DNA of 64,000 nucleotides from Candidatus Omnitrophota bacterium (GCA_043814965.1 JBDRJN010000032.1:20126-84125), one strand, 5' to 3'. Positions 31,266 through 41,782 are shown, numbered from the stretch's first letter. Made by a program: numbers and translations. The notes: generated by a model from the sequence alone, not told the origin.

Positions 31266-32080
31266 ATAGCGATAACACTTAGCCCTATTTCGTTTGCCAT
31301 ATTCAATACTTTATCTTTATCTATGATAAGTGTCTTCTCCGCTTCTATTGCGATCGCCTTTGCTTTGACTTCCTTTAAAAGACTTATTGTGCCTGGCCCG
31401 ATCACAGGTATGTCAAATCTCATATCCTGCTTTGGTTTTGATACCTTTATTACTACAACCCCTTCTTTTCCGTAGAAAGCGCCTCTCTTTATCGCCTCGT
31501 CCGTCCCTTCTATGGACTCGACGGCCAAAACAGTTTTATCTTTTACTACAATGGTCTGGCCTATATCAAGGCCTGCTATTACCTTTATTATGTCTTTCCC
31601 GAACTCTATGTCTTCCAAGATAGTTTTATCTAAAGAGGAATTGGTCAAGATCCCTTTTTTAGGAAGTAGGTCTTCTAAAAATAAAGTGGATTTTAGGACC
31701 TTTATGCCTTTTTGCTCAAGAAAGCTTGCAACAGCGCCTATCAAAGAATCTGTCTTTTTATCCTTTACGCTTCCCAAAAGGCCCGCCATACTGCTATCAA
31801 GTTTTATGGATTTATCAAAGATAAGATTATGCCTGACCTGTCCAGCCATTACTACGTTGTTTATTTTCTCTTTTAATAATATCTCGAATAACTTTCCCAG
31901 TTCTCCAACGCTTAACCAGTAGATCCTGTCTACAATATTTTCTAATTCCTTCGATGTCTCTTCTTTTATCGCTATCCCTATTACTTCTACATTCTGTTTC
32001 TTGGCATTTTGAGCAAGAAGTAATGGAAATTTTCCGTTGCCTGCAAGCAAAGCTATTTTATTTACCACCTCGACAAACAC
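31262..32080 (-). CDS. lpxI: UDP-2,3-diacylglucosamine hydrolase, LpxI-type (DUF1009)
   Basis: 272 aa with an N-terminal IALLAGNGKFPL motif typical of LpxI. It is located after lpxA. Confidence 0.65.
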   Translation of the reverse strand: MFVEVVNKIALLAGNGKFPLLLAQNAKKQNVEVIGIAIKEETSKELENIVDRIYWLSVGELGKLFEILLKEKINNVVMAGQVRHNLIFDKSIKLDSSMAGLLGSVKDKKTDSLIGAVASFLEQKGIKVLKSTLFLEDLLPKKGILTNSSLDKTILEDIEFGKDIIKVIAGLDIGQTIVVKDKTVLAVESIEGTDEAIKRGAFYGKEGVVVIKVSKPKQDMRFDIPVIGPGTISLLKEVKAKAIAIEAEKTLIIDKDKVLNMANEIGLSVIAI

Positions 32081-32864
32081 CTCTTGTTGACTTTTTTATA
32101 AAATCTGTAAGATAATCTACTTCCTTCACTCCTTTTATCTCTTCTCTTACCTTATCCAGCCCGTTTTTAAATGAAAGCTTGCTTCTAAATAGTATCCTAA
32201 ACGCCTTTTTAAGTGCGGTTTGAGATTCTTTTGAGATCCCTGCCCTTGATAGGCCAATACTATTTAGCCCGTATATCCTCACGGGATGTCCGTCACAAGT
32301 TGAAAAAGGCGGGACATCCTGAACTACCTTTGAACATCCTCCTACGATAGAAAGCCTTCCTATTGTGACAAACTGGTGTATCGCTGTAAGCCCTCCTATT
32401 ACCACCCTATCCTCCAATGTGACATGCCCTGCAAGAGTCCCTGAGTTGGCAATGATACAATTTGACCCAACTTTACAGTCATGGGCCACATGAGAATATG
32501 CCATAAAGAGGTTTCCATCCCCTATCTGAGTGACGCTCCCCTCATCTGTACCAGGATTAAAAGTAGCGTATTCTCTGATCGTATTGTTTTTTCCTATCCT
32601 TAAGAAGCTTTTTACACCTTTATATTTAAGGTCTTGGGGGATCGAGCCAATACATGCTCCTGCAAATACATGAGTACCTTCTCCAATAGTAGTATAACCA
32701 TCTATTACTACATGAGGCCCGATCTTGACATTTTTTTCTATCTCTACGTTGGGCCCTATAATAGCATAAGGGCCGACCTCAATCTGGTCAGCCAATCTTG
32801 CTTTAGCATCGATAACTGCTGCGGAATGAATATTCATCTTTTTATTAAGCATCACCCAATGCAA
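32058..32864 (-). CDS. lpxA: Acyl-ACP--UDP-GlcNAc O-acyltransferase
   Basis: Hexapeptide-repeat LbH protein with an LpxA-type N-terminus (IHSAAVIDAKARLADQIEVGPYAIIGPNVEI). The true start is probably the internal Met near 32837. Confidence 0.9.
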   Translation of the reverse strand: MHWVMLNKKMNIHSAAVIDAKARLADQIEVGPYAIIGPNVEIEKNVKIGPHVVIDGYTTIGEGTHVFAGACIGSIPQDLKYKGVKSFLRIGKNNTIREYATFNPGTDEGSVTQIGDGNLFMAYSHVAHDCKVGSNCIIANSGTLAGHVTLEDRVVIGGLTAIHQFVTIGRLSIVGGCSKVVQDVPPFSTCDGHPVRIYGLNSIGLSRAGISKESQTALKKAFRILFRSKLSFKNGLDKVREEIKGVKEVDYLTDFIKKSTRGVCRGGK

Positions 32865-34158
32865 ACATAAGGTCTGCTTCGCTTACAACCTGTCCTTCAA
32901 CAAGCGCCTTTGTGTGCACAAGGCCTGTTTTCGAACGAAGCTTTACTACGTCTACTTCCAATCTAAGCTGGTCTCCTGGGACAACTGTCTTTCTAAACTT
33001 TGCCTTGTCCAAGCTCATAAAATATGCGATCTTTCCTACGTTCTCCTGCTTATTAAGCATCAAGACCCCTGCTACTTGAGCCATAGCCTCTATTATCAAC
33101 ACTCCTGGCATAACAGGCCTTCCAGGGAAATGTCCTGTAAAAAAGTGTTCGTTCACTGTAACATTCTTTATACCGACTGCTCTCTTATTTGGTTCTAATT
33201 CTATGATCTTATCGACCAAGAGGAACGGATACCGATGAGGAAGTATCTTCTGTATTTCAGTCGAGTCCAGTTCTATACCATCTGTAGCAACATATACCCC
33301 CTTCAAGCCGCCTACCTGAGATTTCTCTTTCTGCTTATTGATCTTATCGACCAGTTTTATGTTCAAAGGGTGCCCGCTTCTGACAGCTATAATATGGCCC
33401 TTTATATTGTAACCCAACAAATACAGATCCCCCAATAGATCCAGGATCTTATGCCTTGCAAACTCATCATCAAACCTAAGTACATTATCTATTATCTTTT
33501 CTTGCCCGACTACGACAGTATTTTCATAATTAGCGCCCTTCCCAAGGCCTTGCTGTTTAAGGTCCTTTACTTCTCTTTCAAGACAGAACGTCCGGGATGT
33601 AGATATTTCTTTTTCAAACGTACCTTCACTAAGACTGCAAGATATATATTGCGCCTTTAATAAAGGATGTTCGTAATTCAACGTGTAAGATATCTTAAAG
33701 TCTGTATCCGGGACGACCATTATCATCGCCCCATCTTGTTCTTCCCATATAGGAGAGCGGACTTGATAGACTTTTTTCGGGATCCCCTGGTCTTTAACCC
33801 CGGATTTTTTCAATACATCGATAAACCCTTTAGAGCTTCCATCAAGGCCTGGTAATTCAGGGCCATTTATTTCTACCAATATATTGTCGATCCCCATCCC
33901 CCATAAGGCTGCCATAAGATGTTCTATGGTATGGATCTCGACATTGCCTGTTCCTATAGAAGTCCTTCTAGGGCTTTTGTCCTGGTCTAGTATGTTCGCG
34001 ATAGTTGCATTAACCATAGGAGAATCCTTTATATCTGTTCTGATAAAATTTATACCTGTATTTGGAGAAGCTGGTTTAAACTTTAAGTCAACCTTTGCTC
34101 CCGTATGCAATCCTATCCCGCTGAGTCCTATTGCTGTTTTTATCGTTCGCTGTTCCAT
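32845..34158 (-). CDS. lpxC: Bifunctional UDP-3-O-acyl-GlcNAc deacetylase / 3-hydroxyacyl-ACP dehydratase (LpxC-FabZ fusion)
   Basis: 437 aa. Residues ~1-290 are LpxC (HTIEHLMAAL, zinc ligands). Residues ~295-437 are FabZ hot-dog (PHRYPFLLVD...HFPGRPVMPGVL). Confidence 0.85.
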   Translation of the reverse strand: MEQRTIKTAIGLSGIGLHTGAKVDLKFKPASPNTGINFIRTDIKDSPMVNATIANILDQDKSPRRTSIGTGNVEIHTIEHLMAALWGMGIDNILVEINGPELPGLDGSSKGFIDVLKKSGVKDQGIPKKVYQVRSPIWEEQDGAMIMVVPDTDFKISYTLNYEHPLLKAQYISCSLSEGTFEKEISTSRTFCLEREVKDLKQQGLGKGANYENTVVVGQEKIIDNVLRFDDEFARHKILDLLGDLYLLGYNIKGHIIAVRSGHPLNIKLVDKINKQKEKSQVGGLKGVYVATDGIELDSTEIQKILPHRYPFLLVDKIIELEPNKRAVGIKNVTVNEHFFTGHFPGRPVMPGVLIIEAMAQVAGVLMLNKQENVGKIAYFMSLDKAKFRKTVVPGDQLRLEVDVVKLRSKTGLVHTKALVEGQVVSEADLMFALGDA

Positions 34159-34241
34159 AAGGCCTTTCTCTTGACTTATTATAATGCAGATTTTATCTAC
34201 ACTATAGGCTAAAGATCCGGCACCTCTCGGTATCAGTATCT

Positions 34242-35276
34242 TTAATCTTTTTTATTGGCTCTTAATTTTTGTATCTCTTCCTCCAGAGTACGTATCTTCT
34301 TATATAACTCTGGCAGGTTTTGGACACACGCATTAATACGCTTGGCTGTTGTATGTGGTTTTGCAGGAAATCCAGAAACACAGGAATTTGACGGGATGGA
34401 TTTGGTTACCCCTGATTTTCCAGCTATTACTACGTTGTCTCCTACAGTAACATGGCCTATTATCCCGCTTTGGCCTGCTAATGTAACATTATTGCCAACA
34501 GTAGCGCTTCCTGATATTCCGCTCTGAGCAACTATTATAGAATTTTCCCCTATTACCACATTATGCGCTATCTGAACAAGGTTATCTATCTTTGTGCCTT
34601 TTTTGATAAGTGTCTTATCAAACCTGGCCCTATCAATCGTAACATTTGCCCCTATCTCGACATCATCCTCTATAATAACATTTCCTATCTGAGGTATCCT
34701 TTGGTGCACTCCTTTGACAGTTGAAAAGCCAAAACCATCACTTCCTATTACAGTGCCGCCATGTATAATGACTCTGTCTCCTATCTCGATCCTCTCTCTG
34801 ATTATCACATACGGATAAACAACGCAATCCTTTCCTATCTTTGTATGATGCCCGATGTATACGCCTGCGTATAAAATAGTGTTATCTTTTATCTCGACAT
34901 TGTCTTCTATAACAACATACGCCTGTATCGCTACATTCCTCCCTAGCTTTACTTTTTCTCCTATAACAGCAGTAGGATGGATGCCTTTTGGCCTTTTCAT
35001 CTCGTTTGGCGCCATCAATGCGACCATTTTTGCAAATGCAATAGACGGGTTCTCGGTCCTAATGATTGGCTTGGGCGATGATCTGACATCCTTTGATGTG
35101 ATTATAGCCGAGGCCTTTGTATGGTTCATCAAAGGGACATATCTGGAGTTTGCAACAAAAGTGAGATCCCCTTCTTGCGCTTCTTTTATCCCGCAAACGC
35201 CTGTTACGATAGTAGCCTTATCCCCTACCACTTCTCCATCAATTATATAGGCTATTTCCTCTAGTGTTTTTTTCAT
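34242..35276 (-). CDS. lpxD: UDP-3-O-acylglucosamine N-acyltransferase
   Basis: 344 aa with extended hexapeptide repeats and an LpxD N-terminal domain. Confidence 0.9.
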   Translation of the reverse strand: MKKTLEEIAYIIDGEVVGDKATIVTGVCGIKEAQEGDLTFVANSRYVPLMNHTKASAIITSKDVRSSPKPIIRTENPSIAFAKMVALMAPNEMKRPKGIHPTAVIGEKVKLGRNVAIQAYVVIEDNVEIKDNTILYAGVYIGHHTKIGKDCVVYPYVIIRERIEIGDRVIIHGGTVIGSDGFGFSTVKGVHQRIPQIGNVIIEDDVEIGANVTIDRARFDKTLIKKGTKIDNLVQIAHNVVIGENSIIVAQSGISGSATVGNNVTLAGQSGIIGHVTVGDNVVIAGKSGVTKSIPSNSCVSGFPAKPHTTAKRINACVQNLPELYKKIRTLEEEIQKLRANKKD

Positions 35277-35288
35277 TACTTAAGTTCC

Positions 35289-35801
35289 TTATTTTTTATA
35301 ATTTTCATTCAATATCTTTATTATATCGTTCGTGATATTCAATGTATCAGCGCCATATAAAAGGACCCTGTCGTTCAATATTATAGAAAAATTATTTTTC
35401 TTGCCATACTCTTCTATAACGTCGTTCATCTCTTTTAGTATGTCTCTTACCATGTTATCTCTTTCTCTCACGAGCTCTGTCTTGGCCTCCTGGTCAAACT
35501 CCTGGAGAGACCTCATCTTTACTTCCACATCCATCCCCTTCTTTTCTTTGGTCTTCTCGTTCAAGAGATCCAGCTCGTCTCTCATCTTCCTTATCTCTTT
35601 TACTAGCTTTTCTCTCTCTTCCTGTTTTGTATTGCCTTTTTTCTCTAAACTCTTGTCAAAGTCTTTTGTCTTCTCGTATTCATCAAAGGCCCTTGAGAGA
35701 TCTACATAGCCTATTTTATCCGCTGCCAAAGCAGGTGATACATTAATAAGAAGGCTTACCAAGAATATGCTGACCAGGCTTATTACAAATAACTTTTTCA
35801 T
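35289..35801 (-). CDS. skp: OmpH/Skp periplasmic chaperone
   Basis: 170 aa with a signal peptide, a KIGYVDLSRAF motif and coiled-coil character. It sits between bamA and lpxD. Confidence 0.75.
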   Translation of the reverse strand: MKKLFVISLVSIFLVSLLINVSPALAADKIGYVDLSRAFDEYEKTKDFDKSLEKKGNTKQEEREKLVKEIRKMRDELDLLNEKTKEKKGMDVEVKMRSLQEFDQEAKTELVRERDNMVRDILKEMNDVIEEYGKKNNFSIILNDRVLLYGADTLNITNDIIKILNENYKK

Positions 35802-35859
35802 CTAACCCTCCATGATTTATCTATAACTACAACCGTAACCCGTTACCCGATACCCGATA

Positions 35860-38202
35860 TTAAAATCCTCTACTCATACTAAAATGGAACCTTCCCTTAT
35901 CTTCCTGAAAAGATTCTGGATTAATAGGAAAGCCGTAATCTAATTTTACAGGCCCTATGGGTGTTTTGATCCTCACGCCTATACCAGTGCCCAACTTGAT
36001 CCCTCCAATAGAAGTCCCTCCCTTGGGATTGCTATCAGGACAGCTCCATACATTGCCGGCATCAACAAATATTGCGCCTTTAAGGTTCTCTATGATGGAT
36101 AATGTAAGTTCCGCGTTAGCCAATGCTAATGTACCTCCACCAACAGGATCGCCTGATATATCTTTTGGTCCGATATCTCTTTCTTTATAACCTCTTATAG
36201 TATAAGTACCTCCAGCGAAAAACCTCTCATATATCGGGACCTGCGAAGAATCACCAAAAGAACTTACGACTCCGCCTTTAGCCCTTAACTCCAATACAAA
36301 AGGCCCTATTGTCGAGTAACGATTTGCGGAGTTTATCAACTTCGCAAAATCCTTATCTCCTCCTACAGGTCCTCCAGCAACCTCCATAGATTCACTCCAT
36401 ACTATACCCTTTGTAGGATTAAATTTATTATCTCTTGTATCTCTTGTGACCTGCATAAAAACACTGCTTATGGTATTCTCTCCCGCCTCATCTTTCAAAG
36501 ACTGCGATGCATCTACAGATAAGTCGGATATCTCTACTGATTCGATCTTGTATGAAAGATCTGCCCTCAAATACTCATTAAATTCTTTTCCGAATCTGAT
36601 AGCCCCTCCCTGCCTGTTTTCATCATACGCATATCCAGTAGAACCGCTTCTATTACGTTCTGTAGAATACAGATCAAAACCAAAAGAAAGCGGGTGATCA
36701 AATATCCAGGGCTCTGTCCAGCTCAATAGATAATTCTTTCGCACGCTTCCCATCTCTGCCCTTAACTTAAGGTCCTGCCCGTCTCCTGTGAACGTGGGGA
36801 AGTTCAGCATATCAAAATTACGCTGTTCCACCTCGACAAAACCTATTAATTTATCTATAGAGGAGAAACCGCCTCCAAAACTGAACTCTCCTGTCTTTGA
36901 TTCTTTTACTTCTACAACCATATCCTTTTTGGTAGAAGAACCTGTGTCTTCTATATCAAATATTATATCCTCAAAAAATCCAAGATTATATAATCGTTCT
37001 TTACTCCTCCTGAGCTTGGCCCCGTCATACTTATCCCCAGGGTTTAACCTAAGCTCTCTGCGAATGACAACATCTTTTGTCTTTGAGTTGCCTTTTATAT
37101 TGACCTTGTTTACATAACAGATCTCTCCTTCGACAATATTATATATAACATCTACCTTATCCTTATCAATATTAAGCACTGTGTCGGGTTTTACCTTTGC
37201 CATCACATAGCCCCTGTCAAAATAATATTCCTGCAGGCTTGTCACTTCCTTATGCAAGGCGCTTTCTGTGAATATATCGCCATCCCTCATCTTAAGTTGA
37301 GATTTTAATTCTTCTTCGGAAAATATATTATTGCCTACTATCTTGAAATCTCCCGATATATATTGCCTTCCCTCGTTGATCTTTATAACCAGTTCTATCC
37401 ATTTCTTTTTCTTTTTCTGATGGGAAATGACCTCATAGCTGGTTTCAGCATCTAAAAAACCTTCGTTTCTGTAAAAATTCTTTATACGCTCTGTATCGTC
37501 TTCTACTACATCCTGTTTATATATGCCTGATCTAAAGAACCCTGAGGTCTTACTTTTCATAATTTTTAGGACCCTCTTATCGCTAAACGCGGAGTTATCT
37601 AAAATGCTTATGGACCTTACAACAGCCTTTGGGCCTTCATCTATAATGAATGCTACCTCTGTGGCCTCTCCTTCTCCCTCCTGTTTAGCATTGATCTCGT
37701 ACTTAACCTCTACCCATGGATAGCCTGCCCTCTTATATAGATTAGTTATCTCTTCTGTATCTTTTAGAAGGCGTTTTTCATCCGCAAGCTCATTAGGCTT
37801 TGACTTGACTATAGTAAGCAGCTTTTCTTCTTTATGAAGGCGGTTTCCTTTGAACTTTATAACAGTAAGGAGCGGTTTTTCTGTTACTACAAAGATTACA
37901 CCTACCTTTTCGTCAACATCCTCAAGGGAAACGCTCACATCACTAAAAAACCCCATCAGATAAAGCCTTTTTACATCCTCGTTAACCACTTTATCCAGGA
38001 ACAAGTCCCCTTTTTTTGTCTTTAGCTTTGACAGTATCTTGGCTTCTGAGACAGTCTTGTTGTTTTCTACTTTCACATACTTGATGATCTTTTTCGGGGC
38101 GCCTTCCTCTGCGAGGATAGCTATAGGGCCGGTTGAATAGAACACGAACGATGTTGTAACTAAAAATATATAAAACTTAGTAAGAAAATTCGCTTTTTTC
38201 AT
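35860..38202 (-). CDS. bamA: Outer membrane protein assembly factor BamA
   Basis: 780 aa with POTRA repeats and a C-terminal Omp85 barrel. It forms the conserved bamA-skp-lpxD cluster. Confidence 0.9.
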   Translation of the reverse strand: MKKANFLTKFYIFLVTTSFVFYSTGPIAILAEEGAPKKIIKYVKVENNKTVSEAKILSKLKTKKGDLFLDKVVNEDVKRLYLMGFFSDVSVSLEDVDEKVGVIFVVTEKPLLTVIKFKGNRLHKEEKLLTIVKSKPNELADEKRLLKDTEEITNLYKRAGYPWVEVKYEINAKQEGEGEATEVAFIIDEGPKAVVRSISILDNSAFSDKRVLKIMKSKTSGFFRSGIYKQDVVEDDTERIKNFYRNEGFLDAETSYEVISHQKKKKKWIELVIKINEGRQYISGDFKIVGNNIFSEEELKSQLKMRDGDIFTESALHKEVTSLQEYYFDRGYVMAKVKPDTVLNIDKDKVDVIYNIVEGEICYVNKVNIKGNSKTKDVVIRRELRLNPGDKYDGAKLRRSKERLYNLGFFEDIIFDIEDTGSSTKKDMVVEVKESKTGEFSFGGGFSSIDKLIGFVEVEQRNFDMLNFPTFTGDGQDLKLRAEMGSVRKNYLLSWTEPWIFDHPLSFGFDLYSTERNRSGSTGYAYDENRQGGAIRFGKEFNEYLRADLSYKIESVEISDLSVDASQSLKDEAGENTISSVFMQVTRDTRDNKFNPTKGIVWSESMEVAGGPVGGDKDFAKLINSANRYSTIGPFVLELRAKGGVVSSFGDSSQVPIYERFFAGGTYTIRGYKERDIGPKDISGDPVGGGTLALANAELTLSIIENLKGAIFVDAGNVWSCPDSNPKGGTSIGGIKLGTGIGVRIKTPIGPVKLDYGFPINPESFQEDKGRFHFSMSRGF

Positions 38203-38217
38203 ATATTTATTATTATG

Positions 38218-38246
38218 AATATATCATATATCTATAATAGTGTCAA
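38218..38246 (-). promoter_or_regulatory. Sigma-70-type promoter upstream of bamA
   Basis: On the minus strand: TTGACA, a 17-nt spacer, then TATATT, ~15-45 nt before the bamA ATG. Confidence 0.4.
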
Positions 38247-38276
38247 TGTAAACCACGCTTAACCACAGCATAACAA

Positions 38277-39632
38277 CTATTCTATGATATCTTCCCCTTT
38301 TATCATAGATAAGCTCTCAAACCTGGCATATTCCTTAAGGAACGTTAATTTAATAGAGCCGACAGGGCCATTACGCTGTTTTGCGATGATCACCTCTGCG
38401 ATGCCCCTGTTTTCTTCTGTCGGAGTATAGTATTCTTCTCTCAAGATAAGGCCTACTAGATCTGCGTCTTGTTCTATAGCGCCTGACTCTCTCAGGTCAG
38501 AAAGCTGCGGCCTATGGTCCTGCCTTGTCTCAACTGCTCGTGAAAGCTGGCTTACTGCTATTAAAGGTACTCTCAATTCTCTCGCAAGGGCCTTTAAAGA
38601 ACGTGATATCTCGGATATTTCCTGCTGCCTGTTTTCAGCTCCACGGAGCCCCTGCATAAGCTGAAGGTAATCCACCATTATGAGCTGTATGTCATACTGG
38701 GATTTAAGGCGCCTTGCTTTTGCCCTTAATTCCAAAACTGAAAGGCCAGCTGTGTCATCTATAAAAATAGGCGCCTCTGATAGTTTCCCAGCGGCATTTG
38801 TAAGTTTTGGCCAATCAGACTGGGATAAAAACCCTGTCCTTACGTTATGGGCGTTGACTTTTGCGTGGCTGCAAAGCATCCTTTGGACAAGCTGCTCTTT
38901 GGACATTTCCAAACTGAATATAATAAGCGGCTTTTTTTCGACCACGCCAACATGTTCTGCTATAGAAGTCAAAAAAGCGCTTTTACCCATGGAAGGGCGT
39001 CCCGCGAATATTATAAGATCTGAAGGATGAAGCCCGGCTGTGATGCTGTCAAAATCCGTAAAACCAGTGGCAATGCCAGTCACATGAGCCTTTTTCTGAT
39101 ACAAAGTATCTATGGTCTCTATACTGTGTTTTATAACTTCTTTTATGGGTGAGAAATTCGTATCTATTTTTTTACTCGAGATCTCAAATATCGAACGCTC
39201 CGCCTTATCAAGGATCTTCTCTACCTCACCCTGGGAATCATAGCTTTCAGAGATTATATGCGTCGCTGTGGAGATAAGGTTACGCAGAATAGCTTTTTCT
39301 TTTACAATGCCCGCGTAGTGCTTGATATTGGCGGCTGTTGGGACAACTGTTGTAAGATTAGTGATATATGTAGCCCCTACGTTGTCTATCTCGTCTATTC
39401 TTTTAAGTTCTTCTATGAGGGTAACTATATCTACGGCCTTATTTTCGCTATATAGCTTAATAATAGACCCGAATACGACTCTATTTTTTTCACTATAGAA
39501 ACTGGTCGGCTCTAAAAACTCTATAGCATCTGCTATAGCGCTCTCTTCTATAAGCATAGAGCCCAAAACAGCCATTTCTGCCTCCATATTCTGAGGCGGC
39601 ATTTTTTCAAGATGTATATCTATTTTATCCAT
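38277..39632 (-). CDS. dnaB: Replicative DNA helicase
   Basis: 451 aa with a DnaB N-domain and RecA-like Walker motifs (GRPSMGKS). Confidence 0.9.
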   Translation of the reverse strand: MDKIDIHLEKMPPQNMEAEMAVLGSMLIEESAIADAIEFLEPTSFYSEKNRVVFGSIIKLYSENKAVDIVTLIEELKRIDEIDNVGATYITNLTTVVPTAANIKHYAGIVKEKAILRNLISTATHIISESYDSQGEVEKILDKAERSIFEISSKKIDTNFSPIKEVIKHSIETIDTLYQKKAHVTGIATGFTDFDSITAGLHPSDLIIFAGRPSMGKSAFLTSIAEHVGVVEKKPLIIFSLEMSKEQLVQRMLCSHAKVNAHNVRTGFLSQSDWPKLTNAAGKLSEAPIFIDDTAGLSVLELRAKARRLKSQYDIQLIMVDYLQLMQGLRGAENRQQEISEISRSLKALARELRVPLIAVSQLSRAVETRQDHRPQLSDLRESGAIEQDADLVGLILREEYYTPTEENRGIAEVIIAKQRNGPVGSIKLTFLKEYARFESLSMIKGEDIIE

Positions 39633-39638
39633 AGCTGT

Positions 39639-40082
39639 CTATTTCCTTACAACCCACACTTTTACATCCGCAGTGACTTCAGGATGCAGTTTTATACAAA
39701 CATGATAGACGCCCAGTTTCTTTATAGGTTCGGCTAGCTCTATCTTCTTTTTGTCAATAGAATAACCTTCTTGTTCAAGCGATTGCGCAATATCTTGGGC
39801 GTTTACGCTTCCAAAGAGTTTGTCATCGTCTCCTGATTCGACAGCGATAGTACAAGAGGCTAATGCAAGCTTATCCTTAAGCTCAACCATCTCTTTCTTT
39901 TGTCTTTCCAGGGCTAATACTTTTTTACGTTTTATATCTTCTACGATCTTCATGTTTGAATCTGTGGCAGGCTTTGCTAATTTCTTTGGTAACAAAAAAT
40001 TTCTTGCAAAGCCTTCCTTTACGTTAACTATGTCACCCATAGAGCCTACTTTTGCGATATCTTCTATTAATATAACTTTCAT
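39639..40082 (-). CDS. rplI: Ribosomal protein L9
   Basis: 147 aa. N-terminus MKVILIEDIAKVGSMGDIVNVKEGFARNFLLP. Confidence 0.9.
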   Translation of the reverse strand: MKVILIEDIAKVGSMGDIVNVKEGFARNFLLPKKLAKPATDSNMKIVEDIKRKKVLALERQKKEMVELKDKLALASCTIAVESGDDDKLFGSVNAQDIAQSLEQEGYSIDKKKIELAEPIKKLGVYHVCIKLHPEVTADVKVWVVRK

Positions 40083-40106
40083 TATGTACTCCTATGTTTT
40101 AAAATA

Positions 40107-40394
40107 TTATTCCCCTACATAAGGAATAAGGGCTATAAACCTGGCTATCTTTATAGCCTCGGCAACCCTTCTTTGGTGTTTTGCACAGTTTCCTGTTATG
40201 CGGCTAGGCAAGATCTTGCCTTTTTCAGTAATAAATCTCCTTAATTTCATAACATCCTTGTAATCGACATGGTCTACCTTGTCATCGCAGAATTTACAAC
40301 TCTTTTTGATAAATATCATCTTTTTCTTTGCAAGCTTTTTCTTTTTTTCTTTATCAAACCTGCTGCCAAACCTGCTAACCTTAGTTCTCTCCAT
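40107..40394 (-). CDS. rpsR: Ribosomal protein S18
   Basis: 95 aa with the CKFC...[14 protein letters not shown] signature. Confidence 0.9.
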   Translation of the reverse strand: MERTKVSRFGSRFDKEKKKKLAKKKMIFIKKSCKFCDDKVDHVDYKDVMKLRRFITEKGKILPSRITGNCAKHQRRVAEAIKIARFIALIPYVGE

Positions 40395-40461
40395 TTAAAA
40401 CCTCCTCAAAAACATTTTTACTGCTCTTCTATAAATATATAACGTTGGCTAATGCCTTCAT

Positions 40462-40875
40462 CTAAAATGGGACTTCTTCGTCTGCCCTTAATACTTCTTC
40501 CTCTTCTTTGGCATTTATTACGGGTTCTTCTTGGTCCTGGCCAGGCCTAGGGCCTCCCAGGAACTGTACCCTGTCAGCAACTATATCAAGCATACTTCTC
40601 TTCTGCCCCTCCTGTTCCCATGAACGGTATTGAAGCCTGCCTTCTATAAAAACAAGCCTACCTTTACTTAAATGTTGGCTGCAGCTTTCAGCTTGTTTGC
40701 CAAATACGACTATACGCACAAAACATACTTCGTCCTTTTTTTCCCCGTTTTGCATAATATAACGCCTATTTACAGCAAGGCCAAAAGTAGCAACAGGCGC
40801 CCCGCTCGGAATATATCTCAACTCCGGGTCTCTAGTCAAGTTCCCTATCAAAAAAACTTTATTAAGACTTGCCAT
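40462..40875 (-). CDS. ssb: Single-stranded DNA-binding protein
   Basis: 137 aa with an OB fold (MASLNKVFLIGNLTRDPELRY) and an acidic C-terminal tail (DEEVPF). Confidence 0.9.
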   Translation of the reverse strand: MASLNKVFLIGNLTRDPELRYIPSGAPVATFGLAVNRRYIMQNGEKKDEVCFVRIVVFGKQAESCSQHLSKGRLVFIEGRLQYRSWEQEGQKRSMLDIVADRVQFLGGPRPGQDQEEPVINAKEEEEVLRADEEVPF

Positions 40876-40904
40876 TTATACCCCTCCTCAAGCTTTTCTA
40901 CTGT

Positions 40905-41186
40905 TTATAGCGCTATTATAAGCACTCTTAAGATAGAATCGTTCAAACTAAAAGATCTCTTTATCTTTGCTATTGCGCTAGTGTCGCCATGAAAATTCAT
41001 AAGATAATAAAAACCTTCTTTCTGCTTCTTCACAAGATAAGCTAGCCTCTGCTTGCCCAGGTCTTTCATATCATCCACGCTGCACTTATTCTTTGATACG
41101 ATCTCCTGGATCTGGCTTACTGTCTTCCCCAAGTCCTCGCTTGATAGATCCGGCTTCAATATAAACATCGCTTCGTAACTTTTCAC
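40905..41186 (-). CDS. rpsF: Ribosomal protein S6
   Basis: 93 aa. N-terminus MKSYEAMFILKPDL. Confidence 0.85.
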   Translation of the reverse strand: MKSYEAMFILKPDLSSEDLGKTVSQIQEIVSKNKCSVDDMKDLGKQRLAYLVKKQKEGFYYLMNFHGDTSAIAKIKRSFSLNDSILRVLIIAL

Positions 41187-41187
41187 A

Positions 41188-41769
41188 TTACCCCCTTATT
41201 TGATTTTTTATATTATACTTATTCATCGCGTTATCAATGCCTTCCTTTATCCAACATTCACAGGCTAAAGATGCCCTTGATAAGATACCAGGGATATCCT
41301 CTTTTTCCTTCTTTGTAAAACTATTAAGCACATAACTTGATGTATCTGAGATATCTTCCCTGCCGCGTATACCTATGCGCATCCTTGAGAAATCATTAGA
41401 ACCCAAACAAGTTATAACAGACCTCGTGCCTTTATGGCCAGCGTCACTGCCCTTAGCCTTTATCTTTATATCTCTAAATAAAAGCGCTATATCATCTACC
41501 ACGACCAAAAGATCTTTTAAGTCGAGCGAGAGCCAGTTAATAACGCTTCTTACTGAATTCCCAGAAAGATTCATAAATGTCTGGGGCTTGACTAAGTAAC
41601 AATTTTCCCCTTCTATGATACCTTCTCCTGCGCTGGCCTTAAACCTAATTTTGTTCTTGAATCTAATATTATTCTGCCTGGCCAATTCGTCCAAGACCAT
41701 AAAACCTGCGTTGTGCCGTGTAACAGCATACTCCTTCCCAGGATTCCCAAGGCCGACGATCAACTTCAT
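41188..41769 (-). CDS. pth: Peptidyl-tRNA hydrolase
   Basis: 193 aa with the MKLIVGLGNPGKEYAVTRHNAGF signature. Confidence 0.9.
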   Translation of the reverse strand: MKLIVGLGNPGKEYAVTRHNAGFMVLDELARQNNIRFKNKIRFKASAGEGIIEGENCYLVKPQTFMNLSGNSVRSVINWLSLDLKDLLVVVDDIALLFRDIKIKAKGSDAGHKGTRSVITCLGSNDFSRMRIGIRGREDISDTSSYVLNSFTKKEKEDIPGILSRASLACECWIKEGIDNAMNKYNIKNQIRG

Positions 41770-41782
41770 AATATATTTGTTA

